Positions 38,882-52,685 of a stretch of 64,000 nucleotides of DNA are shown piece by piece. The notes beneath the pieces were generated by a model. The model was not told the origin of the DNA, did no database searches, and saw nothing but the letters and a program-made list of their open reading frames with translations. The translations under genes were made by a program, and so were the position numbers. This DNA is from Mustelus asterias (Eukaryota). The stretch lies in NCBI RefSeq assembly GCF_964213995.1, contig NC_135822.1, forward strand, positions 24,118,001-24,182,000, read 5' to 3'. Position 1 is the stretch's first letter. Every line of letters starts with the position of its first letter.

Positions 38882-40285
38882 CTGTAAGAAAGAAAATGTT
38901 TCATCAAGTACAAACCCATTGGATTGAGTCCTTCAGATACTCTGAGATGGTGTGTAAAGTTGACCCCCTCACTATAGTCCCGCTCTGGTTGCATTGTTGG
39001 TTTATTCCACTTGTACGTTCCTCTGCCCTTTCTCTCTCCCTCTGGTCTCTCTTTCAAAACTGCATTGACCACGCTCTTCCAAGCAATTAGCTAAACAGAT
39101 GGTCTCATAGAGACAATTGGAACTGATAAAAAGCGGTTAAGGAGAAAGCACTTAAGAAAAAGAGATGGCTGGACAGTAGATGATCAAAGAGGCTGCAAGA
39201 GCAGCAAAGAATTTCAAAGGCAATTTTATAAGTATTTGGATTAGGAAGGATAAGTATTTAAAAAGGAATATAAAAACATGTAGGGAAAGGGCAGAACAAT
39301 GGAGCTAGAGTAGATAGATAGCAAATTTAAATAGTTAATCTCAGCACTACTGAAATGGCCGCTTCTGGTCTTAAAATTGCTATACTTCAATGGAAAAGGG
39401 AAGTTGATAATACTAATGCAAAAAATTCAAATTAATATTTTTCCCCGAGTGCACACAACGCAGAATAAATCAAAAACAGAAATTGGGTTGCTTTCCTTTA
39501 ATTGTTCAGTCTCTGTGCCCATATTTATTTCCCTCTCTGTGTGCAGGCAATGTGGAAGGTGCATCAATAAGAGTAATAAGGAAGAGATTGGATATGATAG
39601 GAGAGGGGAGAACAAATCCAATTACTTCACAAAGTAACTGTTACCGGAAATGCACCAAAGATTTTCTAAAGTCATACTATGTCATGGACCTTTGAAGAAA
39701 GAAGCAGTTAATGATATGATTCCAGTCAGTTGAGTTTCCCCAATACCCACTGACTTCCGTTTTACTCGGGCTCCTTGGTACCACATTCAAGTCAAATACA
39801 ACCTCGATATTAATGGCAGTCACTCTCGCCTCTAAAATTCAGCTTGGGTCCATGTCTGGGTCAAGGCTGTAATGAGGTCTGGAGATGTTTTGTCTAAGTG
39901 GAACAGAAACTAAAGCTGGGAAGGATCAACCACTGCAGTTCTATTGTTTTTGCACCCACGTGTTGGACTACGCCATCGCTGAACTTGGAATACTGATGAC
40001 CTCCCATCCTCCTGTTTGGCGGTGGACAACTTAGTACCTTTCATGACTGGTCATGCGAGGTTTGGCACCATCTCTTTGTTGTGAGATTGTACAGCTCTGT
40101 ATGTACAGTGCTGTTTTCACTGATTCGCAAGGATGAAGCTCTTTGCTGTTGCTTCACCAGGGGGTACATCAAGCTCACCTGCACAACATTTTGAATGGAG
40201 CTCGTCATTTGGCTTGCTTGTGATAGAGGAGTGAGGGATTTCCTAGGCATGAGATAACATATTGTGGCTGCATATAATTCTGCTG

Positions 40286-41102
40286 ATGTGGAGATGCCGG
40301 CGTTGGACTGGGGTAAACACAGTAAGAAGTTTAACAACACCAGGTTAAAGTCCAACAGGTTTATTTGGTAGCAAAAGCCACACAAGCTTTCGAGGCTCTG
40401 AGCCCCTTCTTCAGGTGAGTGGGAATTCTGTTCACAAACAGAACTTATAAGACACAGACTCAATTTACATGAATAATGGTTGGAATGCGAATACTTACAA
40501 CTAATCCAGTCTTTAAGAAACAAAACAATGGGAGTGGGGAGAGCATCAAGACAGGCTAAAAAGATGTGTATTGTCTCCAGACAAGACAGCCGGTGAAACT
40601 CTGCAGGTCCACGCAACTGTGGGAGTTACAAATAGTGTGACATAAATTCTGATTCTAGGATCGCATGATAAAGACTCAGGAGGAAAAAAGCAGAAATATT
40701 TATGTGAAATAGTGTGACATAAATATTTCTGCTTTTTTCCTCCTGAGTCTTTATCATGCGATCCTAGAATCAGAATTTATGTCACACTATTTGTAACTCC
40801 CACAGTTGCGTGGACCTGCAGAGTTTCACCGGCTGTCTTGTCTGGAGACAATACACATCTTTTTAGCCTGTCTTGATGCTCTCCCCACTCCCATTGTTTT
40901 GTTTCTTAAAGACTGGATTAGTTGTAAGTATTCGCATTCCAACCATTATTCATGTAAATTGAGTCTGTGTCTTATAAGTTCTGTTTGTGAACAGAATTCC
41001 CACTCACCTGAAGAAGGGGCTCAGAGCCTCGAAAGCTTGTGTGGCTTTTGCTACCAAATAAACCTGTTGGACTTTAACCTGGTGTTGTTAAACTTCTTAC
41101 TG
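40286..41102. mobile_element. Large fold-back Penelope-like insertion (387-bp inverted arms) in CASP9 intron 6
   Basis: Arms 40319-40705 and 40717-41103, 11-nt spacer; TSD tataattctgctg at 40273-40285 and 41103-41115; ORF track gives identical peptides on both strands. Confidence 0.92.
41005..41041 (+). ncRNA. Minimal hammerhead ribozyme motif (mirror copy at 40381-40417, - strand)
   Basis: cac-CTGAAGA-a-ggggc-tcaga-gcctc-GAAA-g-CTT-gtg. Confidence 0.85.
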
Positions 41103-42204
41103 TATAATTCTGCTGGCCAAGGTGTCTCACGATTGCTTAGTTTGAGCGACTGAATTTGTGTTTGATCAGACCAAGGTCAATCCCACTTAACACAGTATTA
41201 GCATCAAATGGAGGGTATCCTCAGTGTGAAGTCAGGACTGTGCCGGCATGAGGACGGTGTGGTCGTAACATTTATAAATGCTTTTGTGAACCAATGTATC
41301 ATGACAATTAAGAGTGGTGATGATGTGATCAAGCAGTCTCCTGTGATGGCTGTCTTACCATTAGTAACAATCCCATACTGGTGGCTACATCCTTTAGGAC
41401 TCGGGTAGCCTGGTCAGTGGTGGTTCTCCCGAGATATAATTGCTGATTGATTGCTCCCCAATGCAGTAAAATCTCTGGAGGACTGATTCATCAGCTGAGT
41501 GGGGGGGTAGGAGATAGTAATCAGCAGGAGGTTTTCTTGCCTATGTTTGACCTGTCGCATGAGGCATCATGGAGTTTGGACTCACTGCTGAGGACCCTCA
41601 GGGCCACTCCTGACTGTGTACCACACTTGGCCCATTTCTGATCGACCTGTCCAGCTAATAGGACAGGACGCACTCAGGGATGCTAATAAAAGAATCTGAG
41701 ACTACACTTTAAAACAAAAAGTACTCCATTGGCTGTATGGTGCTTTGAGATGTCTGATGGTCATGAAAAGTGCTAAATAAAAGTCCTTCTTTCTTTTCTT
41801 TATGTCAGGTTAACTAGTTTGTAGGATAGCCCCTCAATTTAGGCACCAGATCCGTGGTGTTGTAAGGAGGACTTTGAGGGGTCGCCTGGGATGAGCGTGC
41901 TTTTTTTAAGTCCTGATTTGATTCTTCTGTTGCAGACGAGTTTTGATATTCCTTGCAGCAGTTTGATATAACTGAATGTCTTGCTGGGTAACTTAAGAGG
42001 GCAGTTAACAATGAAGCGACTGTCCTGGGCCCAGAGTCACATATAGGCCAGATGGGATAAAAGCGGCGGGTCTGCTTCAGTAAAATGAATGGTTGGGTTT
42101 TTATGACAATCTGAAAGCTTCATACTCACATTTACTGATACCTTTATCCACAGGTTTTATTTCAAAACTAACTTTAAATTCTCTAATTGCCATCCAAAGT
42201 TTAA

Positions 42205-42499
42205 AATTTATTTATTAGTGTCACAAGTAGGCTTACATTAACACTGCAATGAAGTTACTGTGAAAATCCCCTAGTCGCCACACTCCGGCACCTGTCCGGG
42301 TACACTGAGGGAGAATTTAGCATGGTCAATGCAGCTAACCAGCCCATCTTTCGGACTGTGGGAGGAAACCGGAGCACCCAGAAGAAACCCACACAGACAC
42401 AGGGAGAACGTGCAAACTCCACACAGACAAGGGGCCGAAATTGAACCCGAGTCCCTGGCGCTGTGAGACGCAATGCTAACCACTGTGCCACCATGCCCC
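42205..42499 (-). mobile_element. V-SINE, tail B
   Basis: Reverse complement of head/V-domain/tail B. Confidence 0.82.
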
Positions 42500-42874
42500 C
42501 AGGTGGGCTTTGAACACAGATGCTGTTGTTTATTTGTGTAGGCCACTGGATTACAAGTCCAGCTATATAACCACTCCACTACCGTCTCTTGACAGCAAAT
42601 ATTTCAGTGTGGATTTGACCATTGTTTCTAAGGCTGTGTTAAAGCAATAATCCATCTAAACAAGGCAATAATAGGAGAATAATAGTGCCCACAAAAGACT
42701 CAGGAACAAGATTAGAAGGACTCTGGTTATGGTTGTATAGCTGAATATTTGAACTAACTTTTGAATATGGTCACTGGCTGCTTAACAATACGCCAATAGT
42801 TACTACACTGATTATTCTCAATGCTTCTAATAGGCAATCCACTTCCACAACTCAGCAAGAATTATGGCACCTAC

Positions 42875-43025
42875 CTCCACCACAAGCCTGAATGAAGAAT
42901 AATTTGGGCTTTTCACGCAGTGTCGGGCAGTGTGAACCATCAAAGTAGCTGACAATATGCTGAACTGGAACTGGTTTACCCCCATCCACTCCGAAAATTG
43001 CTCCAGGAAACTGCCTGTGCTGAGC
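42875..43025 (-). CDS. CASP9: Caspase-9 exon 6 (catalytic Cys, QACGG)
   Basis: cag|[50 protein letters not shown]|gtaggt; QACGG is characteristic of caspase-9. Confidence 0.97.
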
Positions 43026-44609
43026 CTGAGTAGAGAAACATGTGCGTGATGTTCAACATTATGACAGCAGGGTATGCATCTACACCAAGGCAAAGTGGCT
43101 ACTGTATTTACACTGCAATGTACACCAATACCCAGCTAATGTTTGTTACTGTAAAAAGGATAATATACATACAAACACTTGTTCTATATATTGACATGTG
43201 TCTTGTAAACATAATGATGGGGTGAAAGTCTTCTGTCTGATAGACATACTGCAAACTGCAATTCTTGCTCAGAGAGCAGACAACAGAGGCTAATACAAGA
43301 CATGTAAAATGCCACTGTTGCTGTAAGTGGTAAGTTCTGAGGATGCAATTGAGGTACATTATTGGGAGTGAAGTATTAGATAGCTTTACTCTGTGTCTAA
43401 CACATGCTGCACCTGACCTGGTAGGGCTTAATGTTTCTAATAAGTGCCTGAAATCAGGAAAAATTCCATTCCACAGTATAAATATTCTTCAGCTAAAGGA
43501 ACATAAAGTTTCACACAAATACGAAAGTTTTTGTTCTCAGAATTAATCATTCTTACTCATCGTGTGTCACATATCCTTTCATTTAATTGTTCCTCCAGCC
43601 TATTTCTGCAAGTAGATTTGACTTCTCTTTTTGTAAGCACTCCCACACCATGCATCATCTGGCAGCTAAAAATGATTATGAGGCTTAAGCCAGCTTCATG
43701 ACAAATGTACACTTGGAACTGACCTTTGATTATTTTTCTTTGTTATCACCTTAGGCTGGAATATTTGACCTGGACAAAAGGTTCCTTCATTTTCTCATCA
43801 AATGAAGCAGAAATTCAGTAACAAATAGGTACAAGTTCTTCCAAAACAGTTACCTTATATCCTTAGAGGCTTCAAGTTCAAAACTCAAGGGTTTGTAAAG
43901 TGCAAGTTTTGGTCCGTGGGGTTTGTAAAAAGGTCATGACCACACCATGGAATGAAGACAAATGGGCAATTTGTTCATTCAAGTTCATCGGTTGTCACTT
44001 AACAACTTACATTTGTCAAAAACATTTTGCAATTTTCTTATTCTAATTCAACAACAAAAGTGGAAAAAAACCCAGTGTCAGGATATTAAGGTGTTTTTAC
44101 TTTATATCCTTTTAGAATGTATTAACATTTGAAATTAAAATGAAACTGTCCGTACATCTTTTCAGCCGTTCCAGAAGTTGAAGTTTAACAAATGACATCC
44201 ACCAAGCACTTCACAATGATAAAGACAAACAACAAAAAGCTACAAATAGTGAGAATCGGAAATATAATCATGCTGGAAACACAGATCAATTCAGCATTTA
44301 AGAGAGAAAGGAATACTTTTCTCAAATATTAACTTGTCTTTTCTCTCTGACTGACACTGGTGAACCTGCTGTATTTCTGGCAATTTTTGTCTTTGCTTCA
44401 GTTCTCCTGAATGGCTTGTGTCAGGGATCGCTCCAATGGACTTTGTTGGGACTCTGTCCTTTGCAGCAAAAGGAACTGGGACCTGAAGGGACACGCAGGT
44501 CTTTGGGAAAAACTTCCCACCTCAGTGTAGCGGCTCAAAGATTGTGCACAAGCTTGTTTGTAAATCCCACCCAAGGGCAGTGCATCACGGACAGTGGTGA
44601 CTGTTGTAC

Positions 44610-44921
44610 ATAGATCATAGAATCCCTACAGTTCAGAAGGAGGTCATTCGGCCCATCGAACCTGCACCGAGAACAACCCCACTCAGGCCCCATCCCCTCA
44701 AGTCCACGTATTTACTGTTAGTCCCCCTGAAGGGCAATTTGCCAGGGTCTATCAGCCTAACCCACACATCTTTGGAGTGTGCGAGGAAACCGGAGCACCC
44801 GGAGGAAACCCACGCAAACACGGGGAGAACGTGCAGACTCCACACAGACAGTGACCTCAGGCCGGAATTCAACCCGAGTCCCTGGCGCTGTGAGGGCAGC
44901 AGTGCTAGCCACCGTGCCGCC
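44610..44921 (-). mobile_element. HE1-type V-SINE
   Basis: Full head, V-domain and CR1-like tail on - strand. Confidence 0.85.
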
Positions 44922-45208
44922 TAGAGCCATTTAGAACTATCACTGGATTAAGGAAGAGAAATATTTCCAAGTCAGGTTCAGTGAGAAAAGAACAGGAAAA
45001 CTAGGGCAGAAAGAGAAGTAGAAAGTAGAAAGAAATAAAAGTAGCAATCAAGTGACAGAACCAAAGTGAAAAAACACTAAAACACATAAACAGAAGTAAA
45101 ACAAAACAAGAAATTTTCACCCCTATTGTTTAAATATTACTAATCTACTGGACTAAATTATGCCATGCAATTATTGTGCCTACTGCTTAAATCAGTATTT
45201 GGACCCAC

Positions 45209-45298
45209 CTGACTGCCATGTGAAAGAATAACCACAATACAGCAGTTAAAATCCGTATGGTCCTTGCGAGCTAGATTAGTCAACTCCTCTATCATCAA
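45209..45298 (-). CDS. CASP9: Caspase-9 exon 5 (catalytic His, SHG)
   Basis: cag|LMIEELTNLARKDHTDFNCCIVVILSHGSQ|gtgggt, 90 nt. Confidence 0.96.
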
Positions 45299-46218
45299 CT
45301 GTCAGAGAGAAACAATAACAGAATGAGGAAACACCAACTAATCCAGGATGCAACATGTTAAAAATAAGATTTCCACAAATCAACAGGGAACATGGAATCC
45401 ATTGATCTGTTTTACCAGAGCAAGTGAAAAGTGGTAGGGAGTCTGGGGAAAAAGAAAACCATAAGGTAGGAAGTCCTTCCAAATGTTTGTAACGCAGACG
45501 GTTTCTGGTATGGATAAAGTCATTACATAAATATTAACCCTTCTGCTATGTCCAACTCCAGCCGCTGGTTGGATAGATAGGATGCACTGTCTAGCAATTG
45601 AAACCAGACCTTTCAGGAGGGAAATTAGGAAACACTTAAAGGCTGGCACAAGTACGGAACTCTCTTCTGCAAATGGCAATTGACGCGAAGTCAATCCTTA
45701 CTTTCATATCGGAGATTGATCAATGTTTGTTGACCAAAGGTATTAAGGTTCCAAATCAGTCTTGATCTCATTGAATGGGTGGGACAGGCTTGAGGGGCCA
45801 AATGCCTACTCCTGTTCCTATTGTGTAAAAGGCTCAAAGAGGTGTGCCTGCCTGTTTTTGATTCAAGCCTGACTAAATTCTCAAGTTAACTGCTATATTC
45901 TAGGAACAGAGTTACATAACTTGGTCTGGCTGATGATAAATCCGGCGAAAATATGAGAGATTATACAAGGCTCCTGGTGAATTTGGATGGCCCTCTGTAA
46001 CTCTTGGTGTGCTATTCATTACAGAGGGGGCAATCTTGCTTTGAGCAAGTTCAATAACTCCTTTTTTATGGCTCTTTGGAACACATTTAGTTGGTTAGAC
46101 CGAGATTCCTTTGCAAAGTGTCTGAGGCGAGGCTGTGCTGCCTTCTACAGGCGCATCATGTGCTCTATGACCGATAATGACAAATCAAAGATTATTAGTG
46201 GTGTGAGAAAATACTCAC

Positions 46219-46395
46219 CTGTTTGGTCAAATTTCTTTTCACAATAACCTCAAAATGCAATTTCTGAAAGAGATTTTGCACATTTTCACAGTCGATGTCA
46301 GAGCCTGTGCGACAAGTCAGACCACTGCTTTGATCAAAATCCACATTGTTGATGATCAGACAAAAGCCACAAGGGTCAGCGTCCATTTTGTAAAT
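46219..46395 (-). CDS. CASP9: Caspase-9 exon 4
   Basis: tag|IYKMDADPCGFCLIINNVDFDQSSGLTCRTGSDIDCENVQNLFQKLHFEVIVKRNLTKQ|gtgagt, 177 nt. Confidence 0.96.
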
Positions 46396-46499
46396 CTAGA
46401 GATGGGGAAAAGGGAAAAGTGAAATTCACAGGAACACTTCCTGAAAATGCAAATGTAATTTTCACTCAGTACAGTCTCTGCTTGACTTCCTTCCTTAAA

Positions 46500-47807
46500 T
46501 ATGGAGATCAAAACTGTGCACCTGCTCAGCAATAACCTGCTCAGCAATAACCTCCTCAGTGACGCCCAGTTTGAGTTTCGCCAGGGTCACCCAGCTCCTG
46601 ACCTCATTGCAGCCTTGGTTCAAACATGGACAAAAGAGCTGAATTCCAGAGGTGAGGTGAGAGTGACGGCTCTTGACATCAGGGCCGCATTCGACCGAGT
46701 GTGGCATCAAGGAGCCCTAGTGAAACTGGAGTCAATGGGCATCAGGGGGCAAACTCTCCGCTGGTTGGAGTCATACCTGGTACATAAGGTGGTGGTTGTG
46801 GCTGTGGAGGTTCAGTCATCTCAGCTCCAGGACATCTCTGCAGGAGTCCCTCAGGGTAGTGTCCTAGGCCCAACAATATTCAGCTGCTTCATCAATGACC
46901 TTCCTTCCATCATAAGGTCAAAAGTGGGGATGTTCGCCAATGATTGCATAATGTTCAGCACCATTCGCGACTCCTCAGATACTGAAGCAGTCCATGTTCA
47001 AATGCAACAAGATCTGGACAATATCCAGGCTTGGAATGACAAGTGGCAAATAACATTCGTGCCACACAAGCGCCAGGCAATGACCATCACTAATAAGAGA
47101 CACTCTGACCATCGCCCCTTAACATTTAATGGTGTAACCATCACTGAGTTCCCCCACTGTCAACATCCTTGGGGTTACCATTGACCAGAAACTCAACTGG
47201 ACTCACCACATAAACACAGTGGCTACAAGAGCAGGTCAGAGGCTAGGAACACTGTGGCGAGCCTATCCACAATCTACAAGGCACAAGTCAGGAGTGTGAT
47301 GGAATACTCCCCACTTGCCTGGATGGGTGCAGCTCCAACAACACTCAAGAAGCTCGACACCATTCAGGATAAAGCAGCCCACTTGATTGGCACCACATCA
47401 ACAAACATTCAATCCCTCCACCACCGACGCTCAGTAGCAGCAGTGTGTACTATCTACAAGATGCACTGCAGCAATTCACCAAAGATCCTTAGACAGCATC
47501 TTCCAAACCTACAACCATTTTTATCTCGAAGGACAAGGGCAGCAGATACATGGGAACACCACCACCTGCAAGTTCTTCTCCAAGCCACTCACCATCCTGA
47601 CTTGGAAATATATCGCCGTTCCTTCACAGTCTCTGGGTCAAAATCCTGGAATTCTCTCCCTAACGGCACTGTGGGTCAACGCAGAGAACATGGACTGCAG
47701 CGATTCAAGGCGGCAGCTCACCGCCACCTTCTCAAGGGCAACTAGGGATGGGCAATAAATGCTGGCCAGCCAGCGACGCCCATGTCCCACAAATGAATAA
47801 AAAAAAA
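46500..47807 (+). mobile_element. Non-LTR retrotransposon (CR1/L2 group), RT and 3' end
   Basis: ALDIRAAFDRVWHQG...GVPQGSVLGPTIFSCFINDL...FAND; ends aatgaataaaaaaaa. Confidence 0.93.
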
Positions 47808-47989
47808 CAATACTCCAGGAGTGGTCTCTCCTTCTGCTTCATTCACCAGTTTGTGTCCTGTACAATTAAAACTTCCTTATTCTTGTACTCTTAATCCCTT
47901 TACAATAAAGGCCATTTGATTCCTAATTGCACCTACATGCTAACCTTCTGTGTTCCTTGTATGAGTAGACTCAAGTCTAACTTTACTTT

Positions 47990-48525
47990 CTCAGAAAGGA
48001 AATTCGGCATGTCAGCTACGACTCTCACCAACTTTTACAGATGCACCATAGAAAGCATTCTTTCTGGTTGTATCACAGCTTGGTATGGCTCCTGCTCTGC
48101 CCAAGACCGCAAGAAACTACAAAAGATCGTAAAGGCAGCCCAATCCATCACGCAAACCAGCCTCCCATCTATTGACTCTGTCTACATTTCCCACTTCCTC
48201 GACAAAGGAGCCAGTATAATTAAGGACTCCACGCACCCCGGACATTCTCTCTTCCATCTTCTTCCGTTGGGAAAAAGATACAAAAGTCTGAGGTCACATA
48301 CCAACCGACTCAAGAACAGCTTCTTCCCTGCTGCCATCAGACTTTTGAATGGACCTACCTCGCACTAAATTGATCTTTCGCTACACCCTAGCTATGACTG
48401 TAACACTACATTCTGCTCTCTCTCATTTCCTTCTCTATGAACGGTATGCTTTGTCTGTATAACGCGCAAGGAACAATACTTTTCACTGTATGCTAATACA
48501 TGTGACAATAATAAATCAAATCAAA
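47990..48525 (+). mobile_element. Rex1/Babar-type LINE 3' fragment
   Basis: LTNFYRCTIESILSGCITAWYGSCSAQDRKKLQ...TNRLKNSFFPAAIRLLN; tail aataaatcaaatcaaa. Confidence 0.85.
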
Positions 48526-48706
48526 GTCCTTCTGAACATCAACATTTATAAATTTCACGTCTATTGGTTTGTACATACAGGAAATCTCCAAAAACTGTAT
48601 CCGCAGAAATTGAATTTGGGACTGAATTATCCTCAACGCCAGCTAACATCCTTCACAAAACTCAACAAGTAAATAGTTTGTATAGAATACTGATATAACC
48701 ACTCAC

Positions 48707-48762
48707 CATGTCATCCTGTAGTCTTTCCATAATTGATTTACTTGGAGGTCTGAGATCTGTAC
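48707..48762 (-). CDS. CASP9: Caspase-9 exon 3 (short linker exon)
   Basis: tttcag|GT ACA GAT...ATG|gtgagt; 56 nt, phase 1->0, bridges exons 2 and 4 in frame (TDLRPPSKSIMERLQDDM). Confidence 0.75.
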
Positions 48763-48799
48763 CTGAAACACAAGGACACAAAATTGTGATGCACCTTTC

Positions 48800-51440
48800 T
48801 CCATAGAACAATTCTCCAAGTCATTTACATTTCAAAACTCCAAACTGCCCAGCTTTGTGGCCTTCCATTCGCCACAATGTTTCTACCACTGTCATCCCAC
48901 TTGACACCCTCTCCTCTCCACATTTTGATTTCTTTATCTTTGGTAAAATCTTTACTCTCTCTCGTTCTGACCACTGCTCCTGGTTTAGGCCCTGTCTTTT
49001 ATCTCTCATGTCCAAGGGATGTAGACTGAAGCAAAACTGATGCACAACTGGTTTGGGCATCACCAAATCTGACTAGACCATGCAAGTGCAATTAGATTAC
49101 ATTCACCTCGACTATGCTGCCTACTTCTGGAGAGCAGAAGAACACCTCTGGTTGCTTTTCTTAACTATCAATCACCCCTTGAATCTTTTCCACTCCCCCT
49201 CCCGCCTCCCCAATCTCCTCCAGCCTCACCTCCTGCAAGATTGTGAAGCTCATAGACTTTGTCACCAAGGCAAACCTCCCTTATCTTCACCCATCAAATC
49301 AAACCTCTCTTTCAGGCTTCTCCTCCCCTGACCTTGATGCTGCTTCATTCTCCAGTTTGTGCCCTACATCCCCATCCAAGCTCACCTTGCTCATGAAACC
49401 TACCTTCTGCTGTCTTGACCACAATTCTACCAAACTACCGACCATTTAACTACCCTTCCTCTCCATGGGCATCATTCTCATCTCTTTCAAAACTGGCGCA
49501 AAGAAAAACAACCCTCAATCCTTAAGACCTCACATACTACCATCCAGGCTCCAAACTCCATTTTGGCTCCAAATACCTTGAATTTCTTGCTTCCAAAATT
49601 TGTGCCCGCCTTTACTACAAATATGGAACTGGTCATTCAGGTTACCACCTTGAAACAGTCTTAATCTGAGTCACAAAACATATCCTCGGTGATCGTGGTA
49701 CATTTTACTTCTCAAACACCTGCAGGACTTGACATGGTTCTCACACTAGCCTCCCCTAACCCTTCTCCTCTTTTGTGCAGCTCAGTTGGACTTCCCACTT
49801 CTGGGCTCCATTCTCAATTGTGCAAATGGAGCCAGTGCATCTCTGGTCATAGTTTTTCTTTCCAACTGCCCCAACACCATCATCTCTGAATCTATCCTTG
49901 ACCCACTCCTCTTCCTGATCTATTTGTTGTTCCTCAGGGCAACTTCTAATTTCCAGTACTTATAGGCTCAATTTACTCAGCCTCTCACTGTAGGATAACC
50001 CCCTCATTCCAGGGATCGATCAAGTGAGCCTTCACTACGCTGTCTCAAGAAGGCAGGTATATCCTTCCTTAAGATACGGAGATCAAAACTCTGCACAGTA
50101 CTCCAGGTGTAGTCTCACCAAAACACCCTTTAGACCCCTTAAGACTTCCCTTAAGACCCCCTTAAGACTTCCTTCTTCAGCTTCTATATGTATGCTAATG
50201 ATGCCCAGTACTACCTCACAAACACATCTCTCAACCTTTCCACTGCCTCGGTGGCGTCAGATGCTTTATTGACATCAAGCATTGGCTGCACTGTGTTTTC
50301 CTCATTAAATATTGGGGAAATATTTGCTCCCTGTGCTTGCCGACCTACATAGGTTCCTGATTTTAAAATTCTCATTTTGTTTTCATGGCCTTGTCCCTCC
50401 CTATCTTTGTAATTGTGTTCCAGCCCTGTGTATGCCTACATTTGTCTTAATTCTGGCCTCTTGACCATCCCAATTTTTATTCACACCACCATTCGTGGCG
50501 GTACCTTCAGTTGCCTAGGCCCTAAGCTCTGAAACTGGCTCCCTACTTTCATTTCTACCTGTAAGACCTTCCTTAAATCAACCTATTTGGCCAAGCCTTT
50601 CATCACTTGACCCACTACACGGCTATATCACATTTTGTTTTATAATGCTCCTGCAAAGCATCTTGGGATGTTTCAGTACATTAAAAGGTGCTATACGAAT
50701 GTAAGTTGATGTCATTGAAAAACAAAGCCATTGCTTTTGATCACAGCCAGAAACTCTGGACCTTTGCCTATGATTCCATTCCCTTATTCAGCTGATATCC
50801 CAGGCTAATCCATACCGTTCTCAACCTCAGCATCTTATTTGATCCCGAGTTGAGTTTCTGATACATCCTCCCTGTCCACCTCTGTAACATTGCACATCTC
50901 TGCCCCTATTCTGCCCATCTGCTGCAGAAACTTACATCCATAGTCTAGCCTTGACTGTTCCAATGCTGTCCTGGACAGCCTTCCATACTCTAAACTTCAG
51001 CCCATCAAATTCTCTGCTCATCAAATTGAATCCCACACCAGGTCCTGCTGACTTGCCCTCATTGTTTTTGCTATCATACTTTGGCTCCCGGTCCCTCATA
51101 TTCTAAAATCTAACCATCCTCTTGTTTAAATTCCTTCTTTGCCTCGACTTTCCTACCTCGCAGAACTCCTTTATAAGTTTCATCCCTCGAATTCCCTCTT
51201 TTTCCATTTCCAACCGCTTGAGCATTCTTCTCACTACCTTACTATTGGCAATCCTCTGGTCCTGAGATTTCCATCCTTAACCCTTCTGCCTTGCCATCTC
51301 CCCAAGGCTTCCTTCAAACTCACTTCTTAACCAAATATCTCCTCATCCGGCTCCACCTCCATCTTTGCCTAATTACACCTGTATAAATACCCAGATGTTT
51401 TTCTAGGTTAAAGATTTTATATAAATGCAAGTTGCTGTTA
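48800..51440 (+). mobile_element. Highly degraded L2-like LINE relic with nested fragments
   Basis: Pyrimidine-rich, L2-like ORF2 remnants; no open frame. Confidence 0.5.
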
Positions 51441-51625
51441 CATTCTCTACACACTGTTTTTTTCAGATCCTGCTTGTACTGATGCTGGATTCCGAAATCA
51501 AAATGTGTTTACATTTTACCCCAATGTTAGTTTTTATTAAGTGTAAGCTTAAAGTGTTTTCAAAGATGAGAAGTAGAAAACTCGTTTATGCAGGCTGTAA
51601 TAAGTGGCATCCTTAGAATGTGAAA

Positions 51626-51908
51626 GGGCAGTACAGTGGTTAGCACTGCTGCCTCACAGCGCCAGGGACCCGGGTTCGATTCCCGGCTTGGGTCACTGTC
51701 TGTGTGGAGTTTGCACGTTCTCCCCGTGTCTGCGTGGGTTTCCTCCACATGCTCCGGTTTTCTCCCACATTCTGAAAGACGTGCTGGTTAGGTGCATTGA
51801 CCCAAACAGGCGCCGGAGTGTGGCGACTAGGGGAATTTCACAGTAACTTCATTGCAATGTTAATGTAAGCCTTACTTGAGACCAAAAAATAAACTTAAAA
51901 AAAAAATA
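51626..51908 (+). mobile_element. V-SINE with alternative tail B (other copies at about 4040-, 13742, 27267-, 37843-, 42205-, 57153, 61283-)
   Basis: Same head/V-domain, but ends gtggcgactaggggaatttcacagtaacttcattgcaatgttaatgtaagccttacttg + A-rich. Confidence 0.85.
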
Positions 51909-52444
51909 AATGCAAGTCTTTCTTTATGGCAGATCTCACCCATGCTCTTTTATAGTATATCAAACCAGTTTGAAAGTGCGCACACTTCACAGCCGCAATG
52001 AATTATTTTATAGCAAAAAAACAATGTTCATGTTTAATCAACATTCCATTGAACGGAGTTGAGAACAAAAAAAATGCAGTCCCTATCTTTCATTCCCAAT
52101 GTTTCTTTGATATATCAGTTTCATCGTCCTTGTCTGTCTTCCTAAGTTTCTGAACCACTTGCTAAATCAGATTCCCTTCACGTTTGCTGTACCATTTTGT
52201 GCACCATTCAAACCTTTTGCCCCATTAGCCTCCGATTTAATTCTTTAGACGTCTTCCCAATGGGAGGAAAGGGAGGGCGAAGCAACTGTTCAACACCTGC
52301 CGAAACACAATGCTGGGACTTTTATAGTCTCAAGCTCAGTAGCTACAAACTGGTCCCAGATTAGCCACTAAATAGTAACCAGAACAGGGTTAAGGTAAAT
52401 CCATATTGTCAAGCAATCAGTTTCTTCAAACACAACCTGCGTAC

Positions 52445-52685
52445 ATTGGACAGGGTGAGAAGTCCTGGTGTCCTTCTGTACAGGTTTATATCCTTTCCGG
52501 GGTTCAACTGGTTTAACAGGGGTGAAGGGCCTGTCATGGACAGCGAGCCCATCTCGCAGCAAATCAACAAGCTCAACTTGTCCAGTTTCCTCCAGACTTT
52601 CCAAAAAAGCAGGAAATGCTCCTGTCCCACGGGTCTGCAGGTCAGTTACCAACTGACGGGCCTGGTCCCGGCGTGTTCCCGAATT
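52445..52685 (-). CDS. CASP9: Caspase-9 exon 2 (CARD C-terminal half)
   Basis: tag|NSGTRRDQARQLVTDLQTRGTGAFPAFLESLEETGQVELVDLL...; donor T|gtacgc chosen for phase (alternative phase-0 donor at 52437). Confidence 0.88.

Noticed and set aside
40041-41153. Twin ORFs with identical 100-aa N-termini on opposite strands
   Set aside because: A by-product of the palindromic PLE insertion; no protein-family features.
45988-46052. Hairpin ccctctgtaa...ttacagaggg in CASP9 intron 4
   Set aside because: 10-bp stem with no boxes or miRNA-length arms; cannot be distinguished from chance.
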